Assembly: GCA_937625935.1 (NCBI GenBank)
Contig: OW569392.1
Span: 265,989-329,988, forward strand
DNA length: 64,000 nucleotides
Direction of reading: 5' to 3'
Source: Tetramitus jugosus
Taxonomy: Eukaryota; Protista; Heterolobosea
In this document: piece by piece, positions 47,970-60,400 of the stretch
How positions within the stretch are numbered: position 1 is the first letter of the stretch
Layout of the letters: each line of letters starts with the position of its first letter
Translations under genes and position numbers: made by a program
Notes under the pieces: generated by a model
The model's input: the letters and a program-made list of their open reading frames with translations, nothing else
Databases searched by the model: none
Told to the model about the DNA's origin: nothing

Positions 47970-49100
47970 CACTATCACTGGATAGATCAATCTTCTCAAT
48001 ATCATACTCCTCTTCACTGTCAGGTTCTACTACTCCCTTATATTGCTCATCCAATTCTCTCTTGAGTCTCTGGTACTTTACCTTGCTTCAATTTCGTCCT
48101 TCTTTGCAAGGACACCTACCTTTCTCTTGTAAGTTCCCTCATTCAAAACGAGAGTTGTACTCAACTTTCCTCTCTTCTTAAATTTCTCTGCCAATTTCTC
48201 TGCAACAAATTGTTGGGCCTTCTCATCGATATAGAACTTTATGATGAGAGAAGTAGCACCATAAACTCTTTCAATAGACACCTTTCTATCTCTTCTTCTC
48301 ATGAATGTACTGTTGATCCTTGGCCAATAAAAACTTTGCACTCAGCAGTTTCAGCCTCTTTCAAACAATTTCTTTTCCAATAGGCAAGCCAAGCAATATC
48401 CTTACCACTCTCATCATTGATAATTTCATTATCCAAGTCGGAATCAAGACTTCTATGATAATCCTTGAAGTAATTTGGAGGTTGAAGTCTTCTAGTCTTT
48501 GGAGCCCACTTCTTTGGCTTATCACTATTGCACTCATGATAGGATAGATGATAGACTGAATGTGGTCAACATCAATAATATGAGCATTTTCATCAACAGA
48601 AGCAATTGGAGCGTCCTCATCTAAGATTCCCATATCCTTAGCCAATTGACTCAAAGTTCAATTCTCTCAGATGGTTCTTGTAATGAATTGATGGATGAGA
48701 AATGTTGAGTAATTCATCTATCATAAGGTTTGAGACTCTCCTTATTCTTCCAGTGAACAAATGTTGCAAGCGTATCAGCCACCTTATCATCAAACACTCC
48801 ATTGTTGTCAATTCTGTTTCCCAACAGACAAGTAACAACCAGACCAGATCTCATTGATCTTGTAGAGTACATCTTGCCAATAGTTGCAGAGAGACTCCTG
48901 ATAGCATTACTCATACTCTTGTTTGTCCAAGTGGTAAACTTTCCATGGGGAGTGAACAATGGTTCATCTTGTAGACCAGGATTCAAAGTGAAGTCACCCT
49001 TAATCATGTCGTGCCTTACAATGTCAAGGCAATTACTGCCTTCAAATATCTCAAGGCTGAGGCTCCACCTTCAACCAGTTCAATGAACTTCAATAAACTC
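47970..49100 (-). mobile_element. Fragmented tyrosine-recombinase gene (Crypton/DIRS-like remnant) with long C-terminal extension
   Basis: PLF...YSTRSMRSG...FVHWKNKESLKPY matches the HxxR / W / Y end of the YR fold. It continues through frameshifted ORFs 48361-48654 and 48078-48341. The 5' part is missing. Confidence 0.55.
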
Positions 49101-49192
49101 AGTGATTCCGCAACGCAAGACAATACCGTTACGATAATACAAACAAAAGCAACAAGATCATCAACAACAGCAGAGATATCGTACAACACAGC

Positions 49193-50600
49193 ATGAGTTA
49201 TCAAACAGCAGATTCAAAAGCAAAGAACAAGAGAGCAATGGTTCGTAGGTGTATGGCTGAGACCAAAGTAACAAACTACTATGCTTATGACAATATCGAT
49301 TGGTCAAATGTCAGTGAGCAGCAACAGACAGAATTCAACAAGAAGATTGGAGGACGTGTTAAGTTTGAAGAAGGGAAATTATTCTATAGAGTAGACATCA
49401 CTGAAGAGACTCTTCAAAAGTGGTGTCACAGAAGAAGAGAAGAAGAAGGCTCGAGACAGCAATGTATTTGATGAATCTATTCTGACAACTAAGAAATCTA
49501 CGAAGCACGAATAGCATTATATTCCACGAGTGAAAGATCGTGAGAATCTTTTGAGAGAGGTTCACCATGCTAATCATCTGGGGACAAAGGCTCTATTAGC
49601 TCAATTCCACAGGGATCTTGTCTTGTGGCCTGGTATGCAATCTGCAATCGAAAAGTATACCAGATCGTGTGAAATATGTGCACGTAAGGGTGCCAAGAGA
49701 ACAGTAGAACCAATCAGAACAGTTGTTGCAGATTATCCTCTACATCATCTCTACATTAATCTGACCTTCATGCCAAAGGTTGGACGTGATATCGGTATGG
49801 TCAATATGATTGATCACCTTACAAAGAGGATCTGGAGCAAACGCATCAGCAGCAAGCAGACTGTTCATGTCAAATCGTTTCTTATTGCGACATTTGAAGG
49901 TATTGGTCTGCAAATATTGCAAGATGTGACACAAGCAAAGAACATTATGTATCTCAGATCAGATAATGGTGGAGAGTTCATTGCACAGTCAATTGCAGAT
50001 ACTTGTGCCATGTATGGCTTCATCAAGAAGGAAGGTCCTGCTTACACTCCAAGGTGTCAGGGAGTGATTGAACGTCCAAACAAGACGATCAAAGACTTGA
50101 TGAATTCTAGTTTGTTGGAGAAGGATATGCAGGAATGGACTTTGCTTCACAGCCAGGTCATTAACACATACAACAACAACCATCACTCTACAATTGGCAT
50201 GACACCAATGCAGGCCTGGGATGCTTGCTTTGCCCTGCATGAATCAGATCTTTCAGAAGCGAAAGCAGCGTTAAGACTCTTCAACATCAACCAGATCAGA
50301 AACAGAATAATCAAAAGAGGAGAGAACGATGCAGCTCGTAAGATTAGTGGTAAGAGAGTTGCAAAGTATCATAGAGATGCAACTGTTCTGATCAGAGTAC
50401 CTAAGAAGTACAGAAGTACTGAGAGATTTGTCTGGGGCAGAAAGCAAAGCTTGTGACTCAACAAATTGTTCATGGTAAGCTGTTGGACAAGTGGACGGTA
50501 GCATAGATGGAAACTGGAGGTTTTGCTAAGAGTGAGAAGCCACACACCACAACATCTCTACCAGTGACATGAAGCCGTTGGCAGTAGCACTCTATCTGGT
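49193..50600 (+). mobile_element. Ginger/Tdd-type integrase, copy C (degenerate)
   Basis: HHANH...CEIC zinc finger, LRSDNGGEF, QGVIERPN, RVPKKYRS motifs homologous to copies A and B. First catalytic Asp is mutated (HLYIN), several frameshifts, no paired ends found. Confidence 0.85.
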
Positions 50601-53557
50601 TCTGTTGTCACTGGAACACGTCCTTCTGTCCCTGCATCTCTACCTGGTCCTCTCTCTATTACGTCTGTGAATGCACCTCTGCCTGGTTCACCCTCTATTA
50701 CTACTGGTATGTTACCTGGTCCAACTGCAGCAATGAAGGGGATGGGTTTGTAGATGAAGATCTGACTATTTGTTGCCGAATACCTAACAATCTCTCCTTG
50801 CTTTTATGTTTTTCCAGTGATTGTTATCTATCAAGTCTTTATATCTTTGGAATTTTCTGATTACATTTAGGAACAGCTTTGGGCAATGGCTAAGAGAGTC
50901 AATAATTTACGACAGGAAGAGTTATATTGTTTAAATGAGTAGAAGTGCTGTGACAATGGCAAGAAGATGGATAGGTTAAGAGGTGGCACAGAATAGTTCA
51001 CACAGTTTATTGGTAGAAAAAGTAACTGATGAAGTAGATCCAATAGAAACAATGATGAATGCAATTGTGGCTCCATTCCATGCTGAATTGGATCAAACTG
51101 CACCAAAACTGGTCAAATTAAACCAAATCTTGATTGGCTCAAGTGTTCCTGGGTTCACAGATTGGATTATTAATAATTCTGTGTGGTTTGACTTGGTCGC
51201 GTAATCTCCAACAGTGAGCCAGATTTGTCATCATAGTGGAGATCATTGATGAAAGTGGTAGTATTTGCAACATACAAAAGTTTCTTGTTAACCATATACA
51301 GAGAACCCATATAAGTACGCTTCTCACAATAAGTGGCAGTGTATGCAATACGATTTGTTCTATCAACTGTGAAAGATACCCAAGCTCTTGAACCACCACA
51401 CTTTGGTTCGTCTTTCCAAAATGAATAATTTTTGCATACCTGCATCGAAGTGATATCGAGCTCTGCAACCTGTCACTTTGCATAAGTGATAATTTCTTTG
51501 AGAAGACGTTGTCTGACAAAAATTGGAGAGGAATCTCATGAAGATATCATTCGGAAAAAACATGATCTGATTAAGTGGAAGCCTACTCTCTTTAACCTAG
51601 ACATAGACAAGTTAGTTTGTTAAGGATGTTCCATGAAAAAACTCGTTGAAGTCAACGAGAAGAAACTTTTTCCGTTTGTTCATTCTCATTGTTGTCTTCC
51701 TAAACTTCACTGCCCTTTATCGAGACTTGCTGCCTTATCGTGATTCTTTCACCCATTCAAAAGGACCACTCCCCTTTCACTTTCACTTGAGAGCATATGG
51801 CCCATGTTGAGGAACGAAACGAAGCACTACATGTAAGTTCATTGTCCCAAGTCACCCACTAAAGGTCAAACGATCGAATGACACATATAATGGGTCATGC
51901 TCACCCAAGCATACTTCGATCCTGATTCTCAAACCATTCGAATGAAATGTTTGAACGAATCACACATACCCTTCCTATTTAATCACAAACTCTTCCACTT
52001 ATTCCCATGCCATTTTGACTGCACATACAAATGGGTTTGGAATCTCGAGATTTATTGTTTCAAGAGCAATCATTGCAAATGTACTCAGCGTGATGGATAG
52101 AATTATTCTATGACTGACTTAGTGACGGAACAAGAGACATAGGTAATCAAGAAGAAACTACTGTCAATTTACAGGTTCTGCCCAATTGCGTAAATGTAAT
52201 GATTGACTTGTCATTCATTTTGGAGATGGACAACGCTCTTTCTGTCCAAGAAGTGAACGCCAGCTCGAGTGCACACCTCTCTCAGTTGTTGTTTGGCAGC
52301 GTGATGTTGCCTCAAATTCATAGGTAAAAATAACTTGGTCTGAAACATGCGCCCTTTTTGATCTGAACAACAGTCGGTTCAGTGATCGTCACGTAATACA
52401 AGAGATCCTTATTAGCAATTGCGGCAGTGACAATCACATTGTTAGTGTTGTGAAGATAGACAGACAGTGGGTCATACATCAGTGTGGATTGACTGTGAGC
52501 AAAAATTAGGCCATGCTTGCAACTGACTCCAATCAATGAGACTTGACCTTGAAAACGTCCAATCTTGTTGAACTTTTTTCAATGATACGAACAAGTTGCT
52601 GTATGCAGAGTATACAAAATACCAATCTTGAATCACGAGAGCTTCCATGATGAGTTCCTGTTTGAACGTTTTGGGTGTGGTTGGGTTTTGCTTGATCATC
52701 ATTCAACCTGACAATCTTGACTGTTGTTTTCGTATAGTGTCACATTGGACTGATCAATAGGTTGTGAATCTTCGACACCGCTTTTCATAAAATTCAAATC
52801 TACTATCAAGCAAACTGGTTCTTTGACTAGCAGGCAAACCTAGATATCAACAATAACAATCAATCTGTTTTCATTATCATACATCAAAGATGACGAAAAA
52901 TATCCATCCATAGCAGTGGAAACACTGCAGTATTGATTCAATGGATGAGAACCATTCACAATCTTCAAAATGAACTGATAATTTCTGCATTAAGGTTAAT
53001 TGGTAGAGACGAACTGTCTGAGTACAGAATTTATCATCAATGTTCTACTTCTTTCTGAGACTCTCTCATCTGTTACCATACTTTCTATTGACAATTAGTT
53101 CGGATACAGTGTAATTTGGATTGAGTAACTTCTTCAATTCTTGGCAACTGAAGTTTTACTACTGTATTTAAGGATACTACTCAAAATCTGAAGTGTAAAT
53201 GCACTCTTGCTTGCCGTTGCGTGAGTAAATACTACAACAGTACATAAACACCATCGAGAAATCATCTTCATTGAATTTTCGTCTGTTTGCTGATCCAGAA
53301 GCGATCTGATACAATTAGTAGATACTTTCAAATTCCACTCATCCAAAGAGTTGGTAACATGATCTAATGAAAGTATACTCTCTGGATCCAGAGAACGTTT
53401 CTGTTCTTCCAATGATAATTCATTGATAACGCGATCCATCCACGGAAAACGTATCGAGCGACTATTCCCTTGTTTATTTTAACGCCGACTTGCAGTTGAT
53501 TTATTCCGATTCGCAAAATTTGTTGGAACAAAAAAACCAAGATACCAACAAAAACCA

Positions 53558-55393
53558 ATGCTGTGCTCCTCGCGGATCTTTTGTTCAAGGACGAATCGTG
53601 TCTTCATGAACCGCAGTTCTTTCAATTTCAAGACCCAGCAACGCAATCAATCACTTGAGATCATTCCAACAACCCAAGACTTCTATGACGAGAGAACACT
53701 TGGTGCCAAGTTTGTTGACAAAACCAAGATGATTGAAAGAATCATGAGACGAGAATGTGGTAAGAAGATTTTCTTTGCAAGACCAAGAAAGATGGGAAAA
53801 TCTCTGACTGTTGAACAAATGAAACTTGTTGCCTTGGGAAAAAGAGAAGCATTTGGACCATTGGAGAACAATGAACAACAATTTGAGATTTACAACTCTG
53901 AGGATTTGTTCACAAAGTTGAAAGACATGCCTGTACTACATTTGGATTTGTCTGCAATTGACGTTTTTGATCCTGTAACGGGAATAGCTGACGAACTCAG
54001 AAGACGTTTTAAAGAAAACAAATTTGATATTCCAGATGACATTGAAGAAGAATTTAGAAGGAAGAGAAGTGTTGTACGCATGATAAACTTGACTGTTCAG
54101 TGCTTTGCTGACCGGTCACCATCTGGACAAATTATCATTTTGATTGATGAATATGACAGTCCAATTACGAAAGCAATTGCCGAAAATCTGACAGATCAGC
54201 CCAATATTTCACTTGCAAAGAAGAATAGAGACGTGCTCAGAGCTTTCTTCTCTCCCCTTAAAGCTCTTGGATCAATGATTCACTTGTTATTTATTACTGG
54301 TGTGACCAAGTTTTCATATACCAATCTATTCTCATCGATGAATGATCTTGACGATATGTCAACTGATACATCCTTGCACGCTCTGACAGGATATACATTA
54401 GACGAAGTAAGAAATACATACCCGAATGCATATGAGGAACTTGAGCGAAAGTATGGTGCCAACTTGGATGAGAGAATTATCAATGAATATAATGGCTACA
54501 AATTCTGCACTGATGCAACAGAAGGGCTTCTGAATCCTTGGGATCTGAATCAACTTCTGAAGAAACACCAATTCGAAAATTACTGGGCAGCAAGAGGTAG
54601 AAGCATGCACCTATGGACATTATTTGATCCAACAGTTCACTCCATTCTTGAAATCATTGAACCGCACGGAGTAGTGAACAAATTTACTCAGCCTGTAGAC
54701 TTGAGTGAGTTGATCAAACCCTCAACACAAACAATGCAAAAGTTGTTTCATGAGACAGGATACTTGACGATCAAAGACAACAAACTAACGGTACCCAACA
54801 ATTCTGTTCGAGAAACATTGATTAGTGATCTATCAGCAAGACTGGAGTTGGATGATAACAATGATATTACAATCAAGATGAAAGAAGCACTGATAGAGGA
54901 AAACATGAAGAAATTATTTGAGCAACTCGGAAGATTGATCAAGTCCTTTCCTCACCCAATGTTCCGGACAATACAAGGAGAGAAGCATGTTGGCAAGATT
55001 GAAGCTGTGTATGCAGCAGCATTGTACGTATCAATGCTTCATTTGAAACGCTATTTCCCTCACCTTACTTTTTTGGCAGAAGGATCCACGCTGGACGGAA
55101 CTCTGGATCTCTTCATCAAATTGAAGCGATCAATGCATATTATCGAGTACAAAGTTGTGCAGGACAAATCAAAGAAAGGTCTGTCAGCGTTCATAAAGCA
55201 AGCTTTGGCACAGATGAAGCAGAAGAATTATGCGAATCATCATCTGATCTTGCAATCCAGATCTGATTTGAAGTTGCATCTCACTGCTTTTGTTTTTGAT
55301 ATTGAAGACAGTAGATTTGGAATGGCGGAGACAATCGTGGCAGATGATAGTATAGGTGAGGTACATATTGAAGAATTCTCTCTTGAAGAATGA
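53558..55393 (+). CDS. AAA-ATPase-like + PD-(D/E)XK nuclease fusion (bacterial-type), with putative mitochondrial presequence
   Basis: RPRKMGKSL (Walker A), ILIDEYDSP (Walker B), FITGV, YNGYKF, NPW, GYLTIK, PNNSVR. C-terminal DLFIK...IIEYK...ALAQM..KNY nuclease motifs. Intact 611 aa. Confidence 0.88.
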   Translation: MLCSSRIFCSRTNRVFMNRSSFNFKTQQRNQSLEIIPTTQDFYDERTLGAKFVDKTKMIERIMRRECGKKIFFARPRKMGKSLTVEQMKLVALGKREAFGPLENNEQQFEIYNSEDLFTKLKDMPVLHLDLSAIDVFDPVTGIADELRRRFKENKFDIPDDIEEEFRRKRSVVRMINLTVQCFADRSPSGQIIILIDEYDSPITKAIAENLTDQPNISLAKKNRDVLRAFFSPLKALGSMIHLLFITGVTKFSYTNLFSSMNDLDDMSTDTSLHALTGYTLDEVRNTYPNAYEELERKYGANLDERIINEYNGYKFCTDATEGLLNPWDLNQLLKKHQFENYWAARGRSMHLWTLFDPTVHSILEIIEPHGVVNKFTQPVDLSELIKPSTQTMQKLFHETGYLTIKDNKLTVPNNSVRETLISDLSARLELDDNNDITIKMKEALIEENMKKLFEQLGRLIKSFPHPMFRTIQGEKHVGKIEAVYAAALYVSMLHLKRYFPHLTFLAEGSTLDGTLDLFIKLKRSMHIIEYKVVQDKSKKGLSAFIKQALAQMKQKNYANHHLILQSRSDLKLHLTAFVFDIEDSRFGMAETIVADDSIGEVHIEEFSLEE

Positions 55394-56204
55394 CGATGTC
55401 GATAGAAAACTAAACTGATTACATAATTCTTCTTCCATTGGAAAAAAAGCGTGATAAACATGAACTTATGTGGTGCGTCAATCGAAACAAGGTATAAACA
55501 TGGTAAATAAAATGATTCCTTTATAGAGGTATGTATAATTATGCTGGAGGAAATGATAACATTCGAAATCTCTCCTCCCTCCTTTTGGAAACCGATTTTG
55601 GTAAGTCATTTTGATTATGTGCGTTTTGACACTTCTGGAATGAAAAACCTTCGAGAGAGGTTGTGGTACATGCTGGAGACACAACCAAATTGCACCTCAT
55701 TGTGCCTGTCCTGGCACTGTCACTCCCATTCACTCTGAATGAACGTTTGTACTTGTGGCAAACACTTGTAATGCTTCAACCGCATGTAGTCAGTGTGATG
55801 TTGGTTATTGACAGTCCAGGACAGGCGAGCAGGTGTAATGGTAACATCAATTACCACAACCCGCTATAGGTACCTACCTAACTCTCCAGTTCCTTTGGCG
55901 ATCAACTCAAACAATTCTTCTCCCTTGAACATTGTTGGTGATTGATTCAGCCGAAAACTCGAAACTTAAACAGTGTACTGGGTCCTTCAATTTTTTGAAG
56001 GATAGGACCAAAGATAGATTATTCGCCACGAAATCGAATACAGTGACTTTCGTTGAGCCGAACCTTTGGTGGACCGATGTGATGAACCTCTCAGACTGTC
56101 CTTTTAGGACATGTAACACCGAAATTCATCAAACCCACTCCTATTATTGCAACACGTCACCGGATTGTATCAGTAACTCCAATTAATTCTTCAGTATCTT
56201 CTAT

Positions 56205-56615
56205 TAACACTATGCACTTGGACAATTGTTCAGACCCAAGAGAGAACTCTTGGCCATGATTTCATAGAAATCTTCTCCCAGGTTTTGACCTGTGAGAGTG
56301 CTCGTTTCAATGTACAAGAGACAATTATGATGTTTGGCCATTGCTTCACCCTCCTCTGCTGTTACAGGCACCAAGTTATTTGCTCTGAGATTAGTGTACA
56401 TCTTTGGAGAATCTCTTAAATCAATTTTGGTACCCACGAGCACTACTACTGCTTGAGAGCACTTATGAACAACTTCAGGTAACCACTGTTCGATTCTTAT
56501 TTTTAAAACTGTTCATGTCCACCACAGAGAAGCACAAGAGAACAACATTATTTCGTGATCCAAACTTTGCAAGATTGCAATACCTCCTTTGCAGAATTCT
56601 GGAGCTCCTGTCACT
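56205..56615 (-). pseudogene. Rho/Rac-family small GTPase pseudogene (5'-truncated)
   Basis: VLLCFSVVDMNSF, QWLPEVVHKC, VLVGTKIDLR (G4), Rho insert, YIETST (G5). A CIVL CaaX-like motif lies in a shifted frame. Confidence 0.85.
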
Positions 56616-56659
56616 TTGGTTCTGCTCCCAGAAGCCAGAATCTATATATCTATCTATAT

Positions 56660-57855
56660 TTTGGAGTCATTTGAGCAATTATTTGCACCATTTTATCAAT
56701 TGTTACTTGCGGAAGTCAACAAGATGAGAGAATTGAGAATTTATGAGAGAAACAAGCCAAAACTTGCCAACCAAAGAGGGAGACCGAGTCAATCATCCTC
56801 ATCCTCATCCTCAAGGGAATATAAATCATCGTTTGCTAAACCCTTCACTTTAGAAGATCTGAGAACATTTCTTGCTTGTTTTTATCGCATATGTGTGGTG
56901 CGCGACCATAACATGGAAAATTACTGGAAGAAACCTGATACTAACACATGTGGACATGGAGATTGGTTCAACTCACGAATATCGAGGAGAAGATATGAAG
57001 AAATGTTCAGATGCTTGGATTTGAACATCGACCAATGGGTGCAACTACTTAATGACACCTTTCTTAAGACGAAAGCCATTACGAACAATGTTTGCCTGGA
57101 TGAATCAATGGCACCACACAAAGGAAGACACAATCCACACTTTATGTTCATTCCACGGAAGCCTCATCCGTATGGAATCAAATTTGAAACTGCTGCTGAT
57201 GCGGATTTGTTTATTTTTAAGCTTCACATGCACAGAATGGTAAGCATGTTGTTGTTGGAGATAACTGGTATGCCAATTGTTACCCAAAGCAAATCAACAC
57301 AGTGGATGATGAAAGGAGCAGAATAATGAAGGAAGTGGTCATGCATGAGAGCTTCGATTTTTACAATAAAATTTCAGGATTTGTCGATGAAGCAAACAGA
57401 TCGATAATGGCATGTTACTATGGCCATAGGATTATGGAGTACAAGATAGCAATTCTTGTTTTCTTACTCTCTTCTGGCACACAATAGTCGAGTGTTGTAC
57501 AACAAGAGTAATCCTAGACCTATCAGCCTGGTGGACTTTGTAACAGAATTATCGAATCAGTGAACTCTGTCCCAAGGAGTCCTATCAGAAGCACGAGCTC
57601 GGCGCTCTCGGTAGAAGGGCACCATGTGCTGTCTGTTACTGGAAAGACCGAAAGGCTGGAGGAACCAGACTCACCATTAAGAGGAATTTCACGACACAGA
57701 TCTGTCTTAGATGCCAGAAGCCAATGTGTACTCAATGCTTTGAGTCATTCAGTCATTGTGAGTTTGCCATGGATGTTAAAAAAGATCTGAAGGAGTTCGG
57801 AGTATCACCAGAAGCAAACCAGGTACATGTACTGTCGGTAAACTTTACCAGGTAG
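56660..57855 (+). mobile_element. piggyBac-like transposase remnant (5'-truncated, internally deleted)
   Basis: LRTFL, NYW, ISRRRYEEM, VCLDESM..HKGR, FIPRKPHPYGIK, FYNKISGFVDEAN, and a C-terminal Cys-rich domain (CAVC...CLRCQKPMCTQCF..H). No TTAA-bounded ends seen. Confidence 0.88.
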
Positions 57856-57950
57856 TGAACGCTTTTTACCTGGTTTACAAACCAGGTAAATGTGACAGTG
57901 GTAAACCTGGTAACAAACATGGTGTGAACGTGGTACGAAACATGGTAAGA
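57816..57950. repeat. Cluster of ACC(A/T)GGT / ACATGGT motifs with a perfect 12-bp hairpin
   Basis: TTTACCTGGTTT-AC-AAACCAGGTAAA at 57865-57890 plus several further copies in both orientations. Confidence 0.7.
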
Positions 57951-58020
57951 ATGTGGCAATGGGACTGTGATCTGTACTGTTGCATGATCTGATCGGAAAC
58001 TATAATTGAAACACAAACCT

Positions 58021-59063
58021 TTATTTACAACAGCTCTTACAATACAGCAGTGCCTTGGATCTCCGTACCTTGGTGACAGCACAACCTACACAGATATCAG
58101 ACTCGCATGAAACACCAGCACATGTATCAGCACACACCTCACAGAAATGTTTCTTACAACTGCTGCAATGGCGACTCACACTCTTGACAAGCTTGGTGCC
58201 ACAATCAGAACAAGCAGTTGGATTAATCTTTCTTCGAGATCTGGTTTTCTGTGGTTCTTCCAGCAGTCCCGAGGATGTGGCTTTCTGTGGTCGCCTGACG
58301 ACGATCTGTCATTATCATAAGCCTTCTTCAGATCCTTCTTAATACCATCAAGTTGAGCCTGATCTTTCATAACTTCAGGAAGAACAATAGATTTGGGCTT
58401 CGCTTGTGTCTGCGACTGGAATCCGACACCCTTGTGATAATCCAGATTCTTATACTTCATCTCCTCCTTCCACATGGAGTGGTAAGGCTTTCCTTTCTTA
58501 ATCCAGTGATTCCTTCCTGTAATCACCAATTGCAGTAATCAATATTGAAATGTGGTTGTCACTGGCATCTGGCAGAATTCGACTCAAAGCATTCTTCATG
58601 ACAGCATTCTGTCTTCTATAATAGAATTCCTCTCTGTTCAAGTAAAGTTGTTCTGTACATTGCTGCACCAAAGCTCTCTTCTTAGCCTCATGGAATAACT
58701 TCCTATTGTTCTTCTTTTCAAATATTCCATCCAGTAAAGTATCAGATATTTCAAATGAGAAATCTTCCTCTAGAATGCTTACATAACCTTGTCGTTGACG
58801 TGTATGTTTTGTTGCACTGGTAGCTGCTGTTGTTGCTGTTGTTGCTGTGGTACTGTTGGTTCCAGAGGTTGCTGTGTTAGTTGATGTTGTTCTGTTAACT
58901 GTACTGTTGGTTGCTGTGGTTGTTCCTGTTATTGTTGGTTGGTCTGCATTGATGTCAAAAGCGATTGAAGTAATGCTTGTTGTTGGGGACTCAATCGTGA
59001 GAACTGTACATTCAAATCTGTTGCTTGTTGTTGACTGTTGTTTGATAACTGTTGTTCGCTCAT
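58021..59063 (-). pseudogene. Disrupted gene with Gln-rich N-terminus and Cys-rich zinc-finger C-terminus
   Basis: Read across one stop and about three frameshifts: MSEQQLSNNSQQQ..., SILEEDFSFEIS..., KKGKPYHSMWKEE..., CSDCGTKL...CSSCKKHFCEVCADTC...CVGC...YCKSCCK*. Confidence 0.6.
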
Positions 59064-59129
59064 GCTTGACGCAATACTGTACACACCTTGGCTTCGTTGT
59101 ACTTACGAGGCACCATATAAAGGCATAAG

Positions 59130-59240
59130 CATATCTCGAGATATGTCTGAGACAAAGAAGAATATGCCTAGTACAAAAGCATTGACCTGTATATGCCTAG
59201 GACAAAGGAATATACTAATGGATATTCCTCAGACAAAAGC
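59130..59240. repeat. Four ATAT(G/T)(C/T)CTnnnACAAA units preceded by a 16-bp palindrome
   Basis: Units start at 59141, 59162, 59191 and 59222. Palindrome CATATCTCGAGATATG at 59130-59145. Confidence 0.7.
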
Positions 59241-60400
59241 ATATTTGAACATAGAACCGAAAATTTAAAATCTGAGCTTGTTGTATTATTAGAAATAGTT
59301 GAATCAGATCAAGGAAGAGATCTTCTACTTCCACCATAGCTCTGACCATTCTGAGCGTCATTGGCGATTGCACTGAACATTCTAGAGTGTGATGGCTTCT
59401 TCTTCTTTTGTGGTGGCTCAGAGCTTGAAGCTGCACCAGATGCACTGGTAGGTGTTAATCTTCTCTTGCGCCATTTCTCTTCAATACCACTGCATTGAAC
59501 AACATCTTCCTAATGTTAGGGTTGTTCCACCACTGGACATAGTTTGTCAGTGACTCATCAATCAGAGTCAATGCCTTCAATATCGGCTCAATACCATTTA
59601 CATCCTTGACTGTGTTAATCTTGGATATAAACGATCTCACGTTACGACCCTCTTCATCAGATAGGCCACGACTCTTAATTACTCGAATGTTGCATCTATC
59701 AAAGTGAACCAAACAACCAGATAGTTTCTTCTTAATGATCTTCTGTGCATCATCTCCGTACTGATCAGCAACTGCTTGCAGAAAGGCTAATCGCTGCACT
59801 TGGCTGAAATCTGCAAGTACTGCAGTGAGATACACTTCATCGTCCTCAGATTGCTCATAGTCATCTGATTCCAAATCTTCAATAGTTGGACCACCAGTCA
59901 AATACTTCACCATTCTGTCTGATCCAACATCTCTGTTGAATACATCGAACATCTTGTAAAATGCCCAGTAGTAGTCATCAGAGCCATCTTTGATAGTATG
60001 GATCTGCGATAGCTGTGCAGCCATATCGTATGTTTCCAAGAATGTGGATAGTCCAATGATGTGGTACAACGGTCCCTTGCTTGTCTTGTGCTTGAGATCA
60101 ATACACCACATGTCAGATGTTAATGCAAGTTGACTCTGCTTGGGTGATTGAGTAACCAAAGTCTTTCTGTCGTCGACAATACTCAACTCTCTAACAAATG
60201 ATTGTACCAGAGATGTGATGGCTGTTCCATCAGGAAGGAAATTGCTCAAGTCTTGCTTCTCCAGAATGGTCATGTACTTCTTCTCGAGTTCATATGCAAT
60301 CAACATTTGATTTGGTTGTTGCCCTTTGTCAGATCAACAGCTTGTTCAAGTTTCACTTTCTTCTTCAATGCACTGATCCTGTCAATGTTGATGAACAGAG

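Noticed and set aside
50861-50880. Possible right end of Ginger copy C (ACATTTAGGAACA)
   Set aside because: Only a partial match to the end consensus, with no five-site array, no matching left end and no TSD.
50880-53440. Fragmented ORFs possibly from a beta-propeller or other large gene
   Set aside because: Many stops and frameshifts and no diagnostic motif, so no product can be supported.
34879-59063. Reassigned stop codon (in-frame TAA in the AKR and in the Gln-rich gene)
   Set aside because: TAA terminates many intact genes here (ORP, Vps34, cyclase, syntaxin). The two cases would need different amino acids (Lys and Gln), so point lesions are simpler.
57816-59240. Repeat clusters as CRISPR-like arrays
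   Set aside because: Units are short, degenerate, irregularly spaced and partly inverted. There are no unique fixed-length spacers and no cas genes.
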